Origin: a virus
IMG/VR virus record: IMGVR_UViG_3300017917_000095
Coordinates: 1-64,000 of that record
Direction: 5' to 3' (one strand)
DNA: 64,000 nucleotides
Numbering within the stretch: the stretch's first letter is position 1; each line of letters starts with the position of its first letter. This document shows positions 47,373 to 57,681 of the stretch, in pieces. The notes beneath the pieces are model-generated. The model searched no databases. It was not told the DNA's origin and saw only the letters and a program-made list of their open reading frames with translations. The position numbers were made by a program, and so were the translations under genes.

Positions 47373-48175
47373 GCCGAGGTGCATTACTCTTTGCATTCAA
47401 CTCCCCGAAGTACAATTACTATGAAATGGCAGAGTTTGCTGCCAAGCGTATTAATCACTTCTTGGGATTGCCTGTAACGATTGTTACAGATGAAAAGAGC
47501 TTACCTGAAAATCCAACATACAAGTTCGACAATACCATTGTCGTAGAGCCTGATAAGAACAACATCAGAGACCATGTAGTTTGGATCAATAAGGGCCGCT
47601 ATCAAGCTTATGCTCTAAGTCCGTATGACGAAACACTAGTGTTGGATACTGACTATGTTGTTAACAGTGATAAACTGTTAGCAACCTTCGACATGGCTGA
47701 GGATTTCTGCTGCCATGATAATACTAACTTCTTGATGTACCCTAAAGCACCTCAGGAAGTATTGAGTGCGTATAGCTTTAAGACATTGTGGGCTACCGTA
47801 ATCATGTTTAAAAAGACAAACAGAGCAAGGCAAATCTTTGAATGTCTAGAAATGGTACAGAAGAATTATGACCACTATGCTAATATCCATAGTTTTATTG
47901 CTGGTGTATATCGCAATGACTACGCCCTGACGCTAGCACTTAGAATTGCTAACGGCCACATCAACTACAAAGACGATATCATCCCGTGGAATCTAGTACA
48001 CGTGGGTAAGAATACCTCTGTATACAAGAACAACACTGACGAATTCGATACTGAATACACAGTGATGTATGATAATTGGCAACGTGGCAAGATTCGTAAA
48101 GAGTTTATGACAATCAAAGACATGGACTTTCACGTAATGAACAAAGACAATTTCATGGAGTTGATGAATGGATAA
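47369..48175 (+). CDS. GT-A fold glycosyltransferase (GT8-like)
   Basis: YALSPYDETLVLDTDY contains a DxD motif, plus WATV and RND. Start is ATG 47369 (ATGA overlap). Confidence 0.7.
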   Translation: MSRGALLFAFNSPKYNYYEMAEFAAKRINHFLGLPVTIVTDEKSLPENPTYKFDNTIVVEPDKNNIRDHVVWINKGRYQAYALSPYDETLVLDTDYVVNSDKLLATFDMAEDFCCHDNTNFLMYPKAPQEVLSAYSFKTLWATVIMFKKTNRARQIFECLEMVQKNYDHYANIHSFIAGVYRNDYALTLALRIANGHINYKDDIIPWNLVHVGKNTSVYKNNTDEFDTEYTVMYDNWQRGKIRKEFMTIKDMDFHVMNKDNFMELMNG

Positions 48176-48971
48176 GGGTTTTGTAATCATTTCCCAAGAT
48201 GGGGGACATGCTGATACATATCAGAAATGTTCACATGCATTGGCTAAGAGCATCAAACGCTTTATGCCAGATGCCAAAGTGTCTATCATCACAGATAACA
48301 AGGTCACTAACCCTGAGTTGTATGACAAGATCATTCCGTTACCCTACGGCGATCAAAGCCCTAAGAGTTTCTGGAAATTGAACAATGATTGGCAAGTCTA
48401 TGAAGCTAGCCCCTACGAATATACTATCAAGCTAGAAGCTGACATTTATCTTCCACGTTCTATTGAACACTGGTGGGACGCATTGAAGCATCGTGACTTG
48501 GTAATCGCTACAACTATACGTGACTTCAAGCAAGAAATTAGCCCTTCACGTGTGTATCGTAGACTCATTGACGAGAACTATCTACCTGATACATACAATG
48601 CTATCACATACTTTAAGAAGTCTGAGACAGCGGAAGAGTTCTATAAGCTTGTGCGTCACATCTTTGAGAACTGGGCTGAGTTCAGAGCTATATTGAAGTG
48701 TAGCCCATATGAAGAAGCAACGACTGATTGGGTATATGCGTTAGCTACACACATTATGGGTGTAGAGAAATGCACATTGCCAGAGTTCACTGAAATGAGC
48801 ATGATTCACATGAAACGATTGATTAACAATCTACCTACTGAGGATTGGACAGATGCATTAGTGTATGAGGTACTCCCTCACACATTAAGAATCAACTCTT
48901 GCCCACAGCTTTATCCGTTTCACTATCATATCAAGTCGTTTTCAAATAAAATACTAGAAGCCTATGTCTGA
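48168..48971 (+). CDS. GT-A fold glycosyltransferase-like protein (paralog of the previous gene; DxD appears as EAD)
   Basis: YEASPYEYTIKLEADIY, YNAITYFKKS, TTD and PFHYH motifs. Confidence 0.65.
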   Translation: MDKGFVIISQDGGHADTYQKCSHALAKSIKRFMPDAKVSIITDNKVTNPELYDKIIPLPYGDQSPKSFWKLNNDWQVYEASPYEYTIKLEADIYLPRSIEHWWDALKHRDLVIATTIRDFKQEISPSRVYRRLIDENYLPDTYNAITYFKKSETAEEFYKLVRHIFENWAEFRAILKCSPYEEATTDWVYALATHIMGVEKCTLPEFTEMSMIHMKRLINNLPTEDWTDALVYEVLPHTLRINSCPQLYPFHYHIKSFSNKILEAYV

Positions 48972-49320
48972 TACAATACAACAAGAAGATGAAGTAATCA
49001 TATATTGGGAAGCACCGAAGATCGTGCCTCCCGAGTTCCGTTTGTACTATGAAGAAGAAACCGGTAAGGTTATCTGCTATACATGCGAGAAGCCCGAAGG
49101 CAAATATCTAGTCATCGATGCAGTAACCTTTGCTCAGGCTCGTCCTGATCTTAGAGTTATTGACGGAAAGATTTCTACAGCAAGCAATCATGCGATTGTT
49201 TCTAAGCTGATGCCAAACGCTACACGTGGGCAACTATGTGAAGCTGAGGACATTAGTGTTGTTGCAACAGACGGCCCAGACACAATAAGATGGAAACTAA
49301 ACACATATGAGCTTAAATGA
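48964..49320 (+). CDS. Hypothetical protein (118 aa)
   Basis: Overlaps both neighbours. FRLYY...GKVICY pattern; function not recognised. Confidence 0.7.
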   Translation: MSDTIQQEDEVIIYWEAPKIVPPEFRLYYEEETGKVICYTCEKPEGKYLVIDAVTFAQARPDLRVIDGKISTASNHAIVSKLMPNATRGQLCEAEDISVVATDGPDTIRWKLNTYELK

Positions 49321-50260
49321 AATTGTCGATGTTGCAGACCTTGATTGCATCTATCTCAGTTACGATGAACCCCAGAAAGAAGAATTCTGGTTAAAGATCA
49401 AGAACATGGTGCCTTGGGCAAAGCGTGTTGATGGGGTCAAGGGTAGTGATGCTGCACACAAAGCAGCAGGGGAAGCATCAGACACAGAACGTTTCATTCT
49501 TATTGACGGGGACAACATGCCCGATGAATCGTTCTTCAACATGCAACTAGACTTTACTGGTAAGCCCGCTAACTATCAATTAGCGCAGTTTCGTTGGAAA
49601 GCAGTCAATGCTATCAACGGTCTACGATATGGTAACGGTGGCATGAGTTCTTGGACAAAGACTTATGTTGCTAATATGAAAACCCATGAAGCACAAACAG
49701 ACGGCGACAGTTCACGTATTGCTGACTTCTGCTTAGACAGTAAAGATAATCTATACTGGGCTATGTACGATTGCTATTCAACTACATATCCAAACATGAC
49801 TCCTTTCCAAGCATGGCGTGCAGGATTCCGTGAAGGTGTCAAGATGGTTCTAGACAAGGGTGAGAAGCCCGATGCTAACGAGTTCAAAGAACGTGTAGCA
49901 AGTCGCAATCTAAACAACTTGACTATCTGGCAGAACGTAGGAGCTGACGTTGAGAACGGCATCTGGGCTATCTACGGTGCTCGTCTTGGTACATATATGA
50001 CTATGCTTACTGAGTGGGACTGTCACAATGTTCAATGGTTCGATAACTATCCGGTACTTTGGGAAGAACACGAACTCAAAGATCCAGTTAAGCAATCAGA
50101 ATTAATCGGTGAGGCTCTAAGCGATAAATTAGGTCTACCCATGTGTACACTGAGCCCAGAACAAAGTAAGTTCTTTAAGCGTCACTATCAATCTGACTAT
50201 CATAACAAGGGCCCATTGGTCACTGAGATGGAAGTTATCCGACAAATCGAAGGATGGTAA
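49307..50260 (+). CDS. GT-A fold glycosyltransferase-like protein
   Basis: YLSYDEP, RVDGVKGSDAAHKAA, FILIDGDN (DxD), NGLRYGNGG and QAWRAGFREGVKM motifs. Confidence 0.65.
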   Translation: MSLNEIVDVADLDCIYLSYDEPQKEEFWLKIKNMVPWAKRVDGVKGSDAAHKAAGEASDTERFILIDGDNMPDESFFNMQLDFTGKPANYQLAQFRWKAVNAINGLRYGNGGMSSWTKTYVANMKTHEAQTDGDSSRIADFCLDSKDNLYWAMYDCYSTTYPNMTPFQAWRAGFREGVKMVLDKGEKPDANEFKERVASRNLNNLTIWQNVGADVENGIWAIYGARLGTYMTMLTEWDCHNVQWFDNYPVLWEEHELKDPVKQSELIGEALSDKLGLPMCTLSPEQSKFFKRHYQSDYHNKGPLVTEMEVIRQIEGW

Positions 50261-51666
50261 TGTCAGAAAGCCACGAACAAAAACGAATCAAAGATATCAA
50301 GATCAGAGTCGAAAACGAAGCTGGTCCAACGTTCTGCCTTGCTAAATGGCATCACGTTACTATGTACTTGCAAAGCGGTGAGACACACAGTTGTTATCAC
50401 CCACAGCCACATAAGATTCCATTAGAAGAACTCTATGACAATCCTAGCGCATTGCACAATACACAGCAGAAGAAAGAAGAACGCAAGCTAATGCTAGACG
50501 GTGGCAAGCCCACAGGCTGTCAGTATTGCTGGAACATTGAAGCTATGGGTCCTGACTATATCAGTGACCGTCACATTCGTAACGCTAGTATCTTCACAGA
50601 AGAACGTTATGAACAGACAGCTAAAGGCCCGTGGAATCAGAACATTAACCCTGAGTATATTGAAATCAACTTCGGTAACGAATGCAATTTCAAGTGCGGT
50701 TATTGTCATCCAAAGTACAGCACAAGCTTCTACAAAGAGATTGAGCAGAACGGTCCTGTCACAACTGTAAAGAATCATCGTTGCGACATTGACTGGATGC
50801 GTTTATATCAGCGTGAAGATGATAACCCATACGTAGATGCATTCTGGGAATGGTGGCCAGAGATGCGTAAGACATTGAACATCTTACGTGTTACAGGTGG
50901 CGAACCCACGTTGCATAGAAGTACATGGACATTGCTAGAGAAGATCGACCAAGATCCAATGCCCTGGTTAGAACTAAACATCAATAGCAATCTAGGAACA
51001 AAGCCTATTCTTATTGAACGTTTAGCTGAGAAAGTCAAAAAGCTTACTGACGAGGGTAAGATCAAGAGTTTCAAGCTATTTACTAGCTTAGACACATGGG
51101 GCCCACGTGCTGAGTATATTCGTACAGGCCTAGACTTAGAACTATGGGAACAGAACTTCCATACATACCTAAAGGGTACAGATAGCCCAATCACGTTTAT
51201 GATTACGTTCAATATCTTCTCCGTAACTACGTTCAAAAGCTTCCTAGAGAAGTTCATTGAATGGCGTAAGATTTACGGATGGTATGACGATCCTGTAAAC
51301 CCACAGCATCGTGTGCGTTTTGACACACCTTATCTACGTGACCCTATTCAGTACGATATGAACATTCTTCCCAAAGAAGAATTCATGCCCTATATGTATG
51401 AAGCACTAGCATACATGAAGGAAAACACTGACGACAAGCGCAGTGATGCCTTCAGCAGTATTGAATATGAGAAGTTCAAGCGTGTAGTTGATTACATGGC
51501 TGAAACAAACTACCCGGAAGAGAAACTAATCGAAGGTCGCAGAGACTTCTACAATTGGTTCAATGAATTAGACGAGCGCCGCGACACAGACATGCTAAGT
51601 GTGTTCCCTGAGTACCTAAGCTTCTACCGTTTGTGTCAAGAAGCTAATCAACTCAACCCACTATGA
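50260..51666 (+). CDS. Radical SAM enzyme with an N-terminal twitch/SPASM-like domain
   Basis: CNFKCGYC and TGGEP in the core. N-terminal FCLAKW..SCYHP..GCQYC. Start is ATG 50260 (TAATG) or 50254. Confidence 0.88.
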   Translation: MSESHEQKRIKDIKIRVENEAGPTFCLAKWHHVTMYLQSGETHSCYHPQPHKIPLEELYDNPSALHNTQQKKEERKLMLDGGKPTGCQYCWNIEAMGPDYISDRHIRNASIFTEERYEQTAKGPWNQNINPEYIEINFGNECNFKCGYCHPKYSTSFYKEIEQNGPVTTVKNHRCDIDWMRLYQREDDNPYVDAFWEWWPEMRKTLNILRVTGGEPTLHRSTWTLLEKIDQDPMPWLELNINSNLGTKPILIERLAEKVKKLTDEGKIKSFKLFTSLDTWGPRAEYIRTGLDLELWEQNFHTYLKGTDSPITFMITFNIFSVTTFKSFLEKFIEWRKIYGWYDDPVNPQHRVRFDTPYLRDPIQYDMNILPKEEFMPYMYEALAYMKENTDDKRSDAFSSIEYEKFKRVVDYMAETNYPEEKLIEGRRDFYNWFNELDERRDTDMLSVFPEYLSFYRLCQEANQLNPL

Positions 51667-52895
51667 ACTCAGACAAGGAGCATAACTTAACAAAAAACAA
51701 ATCGTTCTGTATGCTTCCATGGGTTCATTTGCATATCACCCCTACGGGGCTAACTGCTCCGTGCTGTATAGCAACAACAGAGTCCGATCCTGAAATTGAT
51801 AATATCAATGGAAAGACTATTCAATCGGCAGTAAACTCTGATAAGATGAATACTATTCGAAAGAATATGTTAAAAGGTGTATTGAGTAAAGAATGCACAA
51901 CTTGTCACGTGCATGAACAACAGAATGTTCATAGTACAAGGCAAGTTATGAATAAAGACCTATCAGCTTATTATGATTCAACCGTACCAAATACTAATAG
52001 TGACGGCTCATTAGACGACTTTAAAATGCATTATTTCGATATCCGATTCAGTAATATTTGCAATTTCAAATGTCGCACATGCGGTCCGGACTACAGTAGT
52101 CAATGGGGAATAGAAAAGAATAAGCCAAAAGTCATACATATTGACAATGGTAAGGGTAAAATACTAGAAGAAGTAATTGCACAAGTACCCAATATTAAAA
52201 TAGCGTACTTTGCGGGAGGGGAACCCTTGATTACCGAAGAGCATTATGTTATACTAGAAGAAATGATACGTACAGGTGCCGCCAAAGACATTCAATTAAA
52301 GTATAACACAAACGCCAGCAATCTCAAGTATAAAGACAAGGATTTACTGTCACTCTGGAAACATTTTGATAAGGGTGTGATTGTCGATGCTAGTATAGAT
52401 CATTATGGTACTAGAGCCGAATATATTCGTCACGGGACTAACTGGGCTACAGTTGAAGAAAACATTAAACTCTTACGTACATTGCCTCATGTCTCACTGA
52501 GAATGAACACAGTATTGAGTGTTTTCAATGTATTGACTATCGGTGACTTCTATGAGTATCTAATATCTAACGACCTGTACAATAACAAGGATATGGGATA
52601 TCTAGTGTATAACATGATAAGCCCTGCTTACTTAGCATGTCATATACTTCCCCCTGAGTATAAGACTATTAGTAGAGATAGCATTATGCGAGCCATATCA
52701 TTGTTGGTAACGAACAAGTTTAATATGTCAAGAATAGTGCAACTGAGACATGCCTATACATGGTCAAAGACTTATGACACGTGGGATACGCATAAGGATG
52801 AATTTAAGAGTGAAATCAACAGACTTGATGCACTACGTAATGAAGATTTTAGAAAAACGTTTCCTGAATTAGCAGGATTATTGGATTTAGAATGA
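51663..52895 (+). CDS. Radical SAM enzyme with an N-terminal twitch/SPASM-like domain
   Basis: FCMLPW..PCC..ECTTC, then CNFKCRTC, AGGEP, YNTN and ASID. Confidence 0.9.
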   Translation: MNSDKEHNLTKNKSFCMLPWVHLHITPTGLTAPCCIATTESDPEIDNINGKTIQSAVNSDKMNTIRKNMLKGVLSKECTTCHVHEQQNVHSTRQVMNKDLSAYYDSTVPNTNSDGSLDDFKMHYFDIRFSNICNFKCRTCGPDYSSQWGIEKNKPKVIHIDNGKGKILEEVIAQVPNIKIAYFAGGEPLITEEHYVILEEMIRTGAAKDIQLKYNTNASNLKYKDKDLLSLWKHFDKGVIVDASIDHYGTRAEYIRHGTNWATVEENIKLLRTLPHVSLRMNTVLSVFNVLTIGDFYEYLISNDLYNNKDMGYLVYNMISPAYLACHILPPEYKTISRDSIMRAISLLVTNKFNMSRIVQLRHAYTWSKTYDTWDTHKDEFKSEINRLDALRNEDFRKTFPELAGLLDLE

Positions 52896-54121
52896 ACAAA
52901 GATTATCTATTAAACGAAAGCAAGACGTTCTGCATGTTCCCGTGGGTTCACTTGAATGTAACGCCCAAAGGGGATATCTATCCTTGCTGTAGTAATGACT
53001 ACACAAAGCCCTATGGAAACACTAAGGAAATCTCACTTAAGGACGCATTCAACGGCCCTAAGATGAAAGAACTTAGATTGGACATGCTAAACGAGCGCAA
53101 GAATGAACTATGCAAGTTCTGTTATCAGCATGAAGAAGCAGGGCCACATAGCTTCCGTAACTATAGCAAAGAGCATTTCGGCAAGTACTTTGATGAAGTC
53201 GTACCCACTACACAAGAAGACGGAACCGTAGAAGAATTTAAGATGCGTTATTTCGATATTCGCTTTAGCAATATCTGTAACTTTAAATGCCGTACATGTG
53301 GGTCAGAATTCTCTAGTCAGTGGGGACTAGAAATGAACAAGAATTACGACAAGAATCACCCAATTGTTATTCACGTAGATGACGGACAGGGCAAAGTATT
53401 AGAAGAAGTACTTGAGCAAGTAGAACACATTGACCTAGCTTATTTCGCTGGTGGCGAGCCATTAATCACGGAAGAACATTACGTGATGCTAGAAGAAATG
53501 ATTCGCAAAGGCCGCACAGACATTACGTTGCGCTATAATACTAACGCTAGTAATATCAAGTACAAGAACCACGATGTACTAGACTTGTGGAAGCATTTCA
53601 AGAAGGTCGAACTATCTTGCAGCATAGATCATTACGGTGAACGTGCTGAACTATTACGTGCCGGAACTGATTGGGGCAAAGTCGAATCTAACTTACTGAC
53701 ATTCCGTGACTTAGATTATGTAAGCTTCCAAATGAACACTGTGTTCAGTATATTCAACTATTTGACTATCGGAGAGTTCTATCAGTACTTGAAAGACAAG
53801 AATATTGTTAGAAAAGAAGACTGGTATCATAGCTTATATCTAGCGGTGCATCCATTATATTACAGTGCTAAATCATTGCCCAAAGAATTAAAGATTGAGG
53901 CAGCAGAAAAAGCACTTAAATGGGCTGAAGCAAATAATAATGACCACACTTGCATCCCGCGTTTAGTAGTAGATGCAGTGAATTTTGCTAAAGACGGAGA
54001 CAGTTGGAGCGAAGTTCGCACACAGTTCTTGGGTCATACCAAATCATTAGATCGTATCAGAGATGAAAGTTTCTGGAAAACGTTCCCTGAATTAAATAAA
54101 TTATCTGAATTGTTGGAGTAA
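52892..54121 (+). CDS. Radical SAM enzyme with an N-terminal twitch/SPASM-like domain
   Basis: FCMFPW..PCC..LCKFC, then CNFKCRTC, AGGEP and YNTN. Confidence 0.9.
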   Translation: MNKDYLLNESKTFCMFPWVHLNVTPKGDIYPCCSNDYTKPYGNTKEISLKDAFNGPKMKELRLDMLNERKNELCKFCYQHEEAGPHSFRNYSKEHFGKYFDEVVPTTQEDGTVEEFKMRYFDIRFSNICNFKCRTCGSEFSSQWGLEMNKNYDKNHPIVIHVDDGQGKVLEEVLEQVEHIDLAYFAGGEPLITEEHYVMLEEMIRKGRTDITLRYNTNASNIKYKNHDVLDLWKHFKKVELSCSIDHYGERAELLRAGTDWGKVESNLLTFRDLDYVSFQMNTVFSIFNYLTIGEFYQYLKDKNIVRKEDWYHSLYLAVHPLYYSAKSLPKELKIEAAEKALKWAEANNNDHTCIPRLVVDAVNFAKDGDSWSEVRTQFLGHTKSLDRIRDESFWKTFPELNKLSELLE

Positions 54122-54123
54122 TC

Positions 54124-55395
54124 ATGGATAAAGTTACAGTAGAGAGCCTGGTAAAGCACGGCAAGCATTTTTGCGTGTTGCCCTGGGTTCATTTTCACAG
54201 TTGGCCAGATGGCCGTGTTATGCCTTGTTGTATTGCAGACAGCAATATGCCCGTAGCCGATTTAAAGAACGGCGAGTCTATCATCAATATGATGAACAGT
54301 GAGGACTATAAAAAGCTACGTAAGGCAATGATGAATGACGAGCCCGTTGAAGCTTGTAAGCGTTGCTATGACCTAGAACTAATGGGTACATGGACAATGC
54401 GTCAAAGTCACAACAAGCGCAAAGGTCTAGAATATGTAGACTATATTGCAGATAGTACATTAGATGATGGAAGCTTAATTGACTTTGAAATGAAGTACAT
54501 GGACTTGCGTTTTAGCAATATATGTAACATGAAATGTCGCAGTTGCGGTCCAGGCTGCTCAAGCTTATGGGCACAAGAATTTGTTGACCGTGTAGGTGTA
54601 GACACATACAAGAAGTATTTCCACACGACCAAAGTAGTTGTCAACGAAGCAGAAGAAATGGACTTTATGAACAAATTAAAGCCATATCTCAAAGACGTTA
54701 CAGAAGTATATTTCGCTGGTGGCGAGATTGTTATTACTCCTGAGCACTATGAATGCTTAGACTACTGGATCGAAAATGGAATCAACGAAACAATTGAGTT
54801 GACTTATACAACAAACTTCAGCACATTGAAGGGCTATAAGGACAATGACTTGATTGAATATTGGAAGAAATTCCCTAATCTGAAGATTTGGGCGTCACTC
54901 GATGCACACGGTGACGTTGCTGAATGTATCAGAAAGGGTACAGATTGGGATCGTATTGTTAAAAATATCAAGTTAGTTAAAGAGCAAGTTCCTCATGCTG
55001 AATTTCAGATTACTCCAACCATCAGCATTTGGAACGTGTTCACATTCCCTGACTTCTTTGACTATATGGTTAACGAAGGGTTTATTGATACTAAGAGTAG
55101 CCCACGCTTCAACTTAGCAACTAATCCATGGTATGCTAACATTATGATCCTACCCGTTAGTGTCAAGCGCAGACTAGCAGAATTGTACCGTGTCTATCAG
55201 AATAGATACAAAGACAACATCGATATCTATAACGGATTTAAGATGATTATCTACAATTTAACAGTAGGCGACGAGAACAAAGAGGGTATTTTAGAGTTCA
55301 TTAAATTCAACGAAGAATTAGATGTACATCGTAAAGAGAAATTAGAGGAAGTAATTCCAGAACTTAAAGAGGTGTTTGATTGGGCAAGAAACTAA
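54124..55395 (+). CDS. Radical SAM enzyme with an N-terminal twitch/SPASM-like domain
   Basis: FCVLPW..PCC..ACKRC, then CNMKCRSC, AGGE, YTTN and ASLD. Confidence 0.9.
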   Translation: MDKVTVESLVKHGKHFCVLPWVHFHSWPDGRVMPCCIADSNMPVADLKNGESIINMMNSEDYKKLRKAMMNDEPVEACKRCYDLELMGTWTMRQSHNKRKGLEYVDYIADSTLDDGSLIDFEMKYMDLRFSNICNMKCRSCGPGCSSLWAQEFVDRVGVDTYKKYFHTTKVVVNEAEEMDFMNKLKPYLKDVTEVYFAGGEIVITPEHYECLDYWIENGINETIELTYTTNFSTLKGYKDNDLIEYWKKFPNLKIWASLDAHGDVAECIRKGTDWDRIVKNIKLVKEQVPHAEFQITPTISIWNVFTFPDFFDYMVNEGFIDTKSSPRFNLATNPWYANIMILPVSVKRRLAELYRVYQNRYKDNIDIYNGFKMIIYNLTVGDENKEGILEFIKFNEELDVHRKEKLEEVIPELKEVFDWARN

Positions 55396-56372
55396 TAGCT
55401 ATCGAAGCACCCGAGAAGTATGTTGCTATCACATGGCAAGTAAACAACTTCTGTAACTTTAAGTGCAGCTACTGCAACCCGGGTAACTGGGGCGGCAGTA
55501 ACCGTAACGAGGGTAATCTAGACAAGTACTTAGAGAACTTGGGAGTTATCGTCAATCGTTATCGTGCAGCTGGGTACAAGAATTTCAAATTCTTTTTCTC
55601 TGGTGGCGAACCTACAGCTTGGGAGAACTTTATCCCTATCTGTGAATGGATTCACAAGACATTACCCAAGAGTACGCTAGCAGTCAATACTAATCTAAGT
55701 CGTCCTACAGCCTGGTGGGAAAAGCACTATCATCTATTTGACGATATCGTAGCAAGCTTCCATGTAGAGTTTGCAGACAAGAAACGCTATGAAGCTAACT
55801 CAATCTTTTTATGTGACAAGGTCAATTACTTGTCTACAAAGATGCTAATGCACGAAGAAAGATTCTGGGAAGTTGTTGAATTTGCAGAGCATTTAAAGAC
55901 AGTCATGCCCAATTATTTTATTGAGTGGACTCCTCTGTATGATGAATTAAATCACGTAACAGGACCATGGCAATACCAAGACGAAGCTAAGACAGAATTC
56001 TTTAAGACACACAATATTGAGATGCAATTTACACTGCCCAAGCCGGGTAAGCGTACGGAAAACACAGTGAGTATGAATCGCTATGACGATGATTCTACAC
56101 AAGTATGCAATGCCAATGACTTGATCGTTACAGGACAGAACTTCTACGATGGGTGGAATTGTAATGTGGGTGACTGCGTATTCATAAATACCATTGGGGA
56201 TGTTAGTCTTGCAAGTTGCGGGCTAGGTGGTTACGTTGGCAATATACTAGAAGATATCAGCCGTGTAGGCCCTAAGCAAATCGTGTGCAGAAAAGAAATG
56301 TGCATGTGCGGGACAGACATTATTATTCCTAAGTTTGATGGGGATTGGATGGAATTAAATGGAAATAAATGA
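55380..56372 (+). CDS. Radical SAM enzyme with a C-terminal Cys-rich auxiliary-cluster (twitch-like) domain
   Basis: CNFKCSYC, SGGEP, NTN and SFH in the core. C-terminal WNC..ASC..VCRKEMCMC. TTG start with GAGGTG RBS. Confidence 0.88.
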   Translation: MGKKLIAIEAPEKYVAITWQVNNFCNFKCSYCNPGNWGGSNRNEGNLDKYLENLGVIVNRYRAAGYKNFKFFFSGGEPTAWENFIPICEWIHKTLPKSTLAVNTNLSRPTAWWEKHYHLFDDIVASFHVEFADKKRYEANSIFLCDKVNYLSTKMLMHEERFWEVVEFAEHLKTVMPNYFIEWTPLYDELNHVTGPWQYQDEAKTEFFKTHNIEMQFTLPKPGKRTENTVSMNRYDDDSTQVCNANDLIVTGQNFYDGWNCNVGDCVFINTIGDVSLASCGLGGYVGNILEDISRVGPKQIVCRKEMCMCGTDIIIPKFDGDWMELNGNK

Positions 56373-57681
56373 CGATACACCTATTAAGATAGTGTACAAC
56401 TGGATTGGGCCTAGAGGCCCTATCATTAATACGGAGTTACCAAACATATTGAGCTTTGCTAACGTAAGCGAAGCCGCGTCAGTCAACAGTACAAGATTCT
56501 GGGCTGATGATATCTATTGGCGTGTATTCATGCACAACGGTAACTATCCTATCAGTCCTGCATACACTGTCAGTGATAAGGATGCGTTTGTTTATCCCTA
56601 TACACTAGCTTGGAGAACACAGTTTCATAATTACTTCTTAAATGATGGGGGAATTATGGAATTTAGCCACACCCCTAATCATATTATACATCAAGTCAGA
56701 CACCACAATGGTTTCTTTTTAATTGACTATAGTCCTGAGGCATGGGTGCAAGACAATCAATTGCAAGTCATGCACAGTTATTTCAGTCATTTCAACGATA
56801 TTCCAATTGGTAAAGTGATATACATCACAGGCTGTATGAATGCACAAGAGATATATGACAACTGGTGTGATCGTAACGGTATTCCAGATGATCCTATGCA
56901 TCGTATGATAATGGTTCCGTTCCCTATCAGTCAACATGCTATCTCATGTCAGTTAGATCAAGTAGAAGAACCTGTATACGATGAGAATCACTTGCCAGAA
57001 AAGCTTTTCCTATGCTGGAATAGACGTTTCCGTCCACATCGCACACAGTTAGCACTTGCACTAGATAAAGCAGGGTTAGTAGATCGTAGCTATTATAGCA
57101 TGAACCTAGTAGACCCAGAGATGAACAGTCTACATTTTAAGAATACAGTAGACATATATCACAACCCAATGCTAGGATTGACAAGTCAAGACGCAGAACA
57201 GTTTATCAATAAGCTTCCTCTAGTGATTGACGGGGAAAGCGATATTATGCGTATGTGTGGAGACTTTGACCGTGCAGCAAAAGACTTCTATGCCAATAGC
57301 TTAGTGTCAATTATTACTGAGACTAATTTTGAATTGTCTGAGTTAACTGCTACAGAAAAGACATGGAAGCCTGCTAAAGAAAAGCACCCGTTTATCATGG
57401 TTGGAACAGCAGGTGCATTGCGTACATTACAAGAGTTTGGCTTTCAAACCTTTGATGAATTCTGGGACGAATCATATGATGATATAGAAGATCCTAGACA
57501 ACGTATGCACAAGATTATTCAAGTGTGTAAAGATATCGGATCTTGGACTCCTGAACAAGTACTTGACTTCAAGCGTAGAGTAAAGCCTATACTAGAGCAT
57601 AACTACAAGATGTTGCACACCAATACTGCTAAACGTGTAGCAGATAAAATTAGAAAAGAAATGGCAAAGAGGACAAGATGA
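56359..57681 (+). CDS. GT10 (alpha-1,3-fucosyltransferase)-like glycosyltransferase
   Basis: FLCWNRR.RPHR, then SIITET...TEKTWKP..HPFIMVG..L..GFQTF..FWDESYD, which resembles the GT10 EN..Y.TEK motif. Confidence 0.55.
   Translation: MEINDDTPIKIVYNWIGPRGPIINTELPNILSFANVSEAASVNSTRFWADDIYWRVFMHNGNYPISPAYTVSDKDAFVYPYTLAWRTQFHNYFLNDGGIMEFSHTPNHIIHQVRHHNGFFLIDYSPEAWVQDNQLQVMHSYFSHFNDIPIGKVIYITGCMNAQEIYDNWCDRNGIPDDPMHRMIMVPFPISQHAISCQLDQVEEPVYDENHLPEKLFLCWNRRFRPHRTQLALALDKAGLVDRSYYSMNLVDPEMNSLHFKNTVDIYHNPMLGLTSQDAEQFINKLPLVIDGESDIMRMCGDFDRAAKDFYANSLVSIITETNFELSELTATEKTWKPAKEKHPFIMVGTAGALRTLQEFGFQTFDEFWDESYDDIEDPRQRMHKIIQVCKDIGSWTPEQVLDFKRRVKPILEHNYKMLHTNTAKRVADKIRKEMAKRTR

Noticed and set aside
47067-56372. 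RiPP (peptide-modifying) interpretation of the radical SAM cluster
   Set aside because: No short precursor-like peptide, RRE/PqqD domain, peptidase or exporter is visible, and the neighbours are sugar enzymes. Not strictly excluded.
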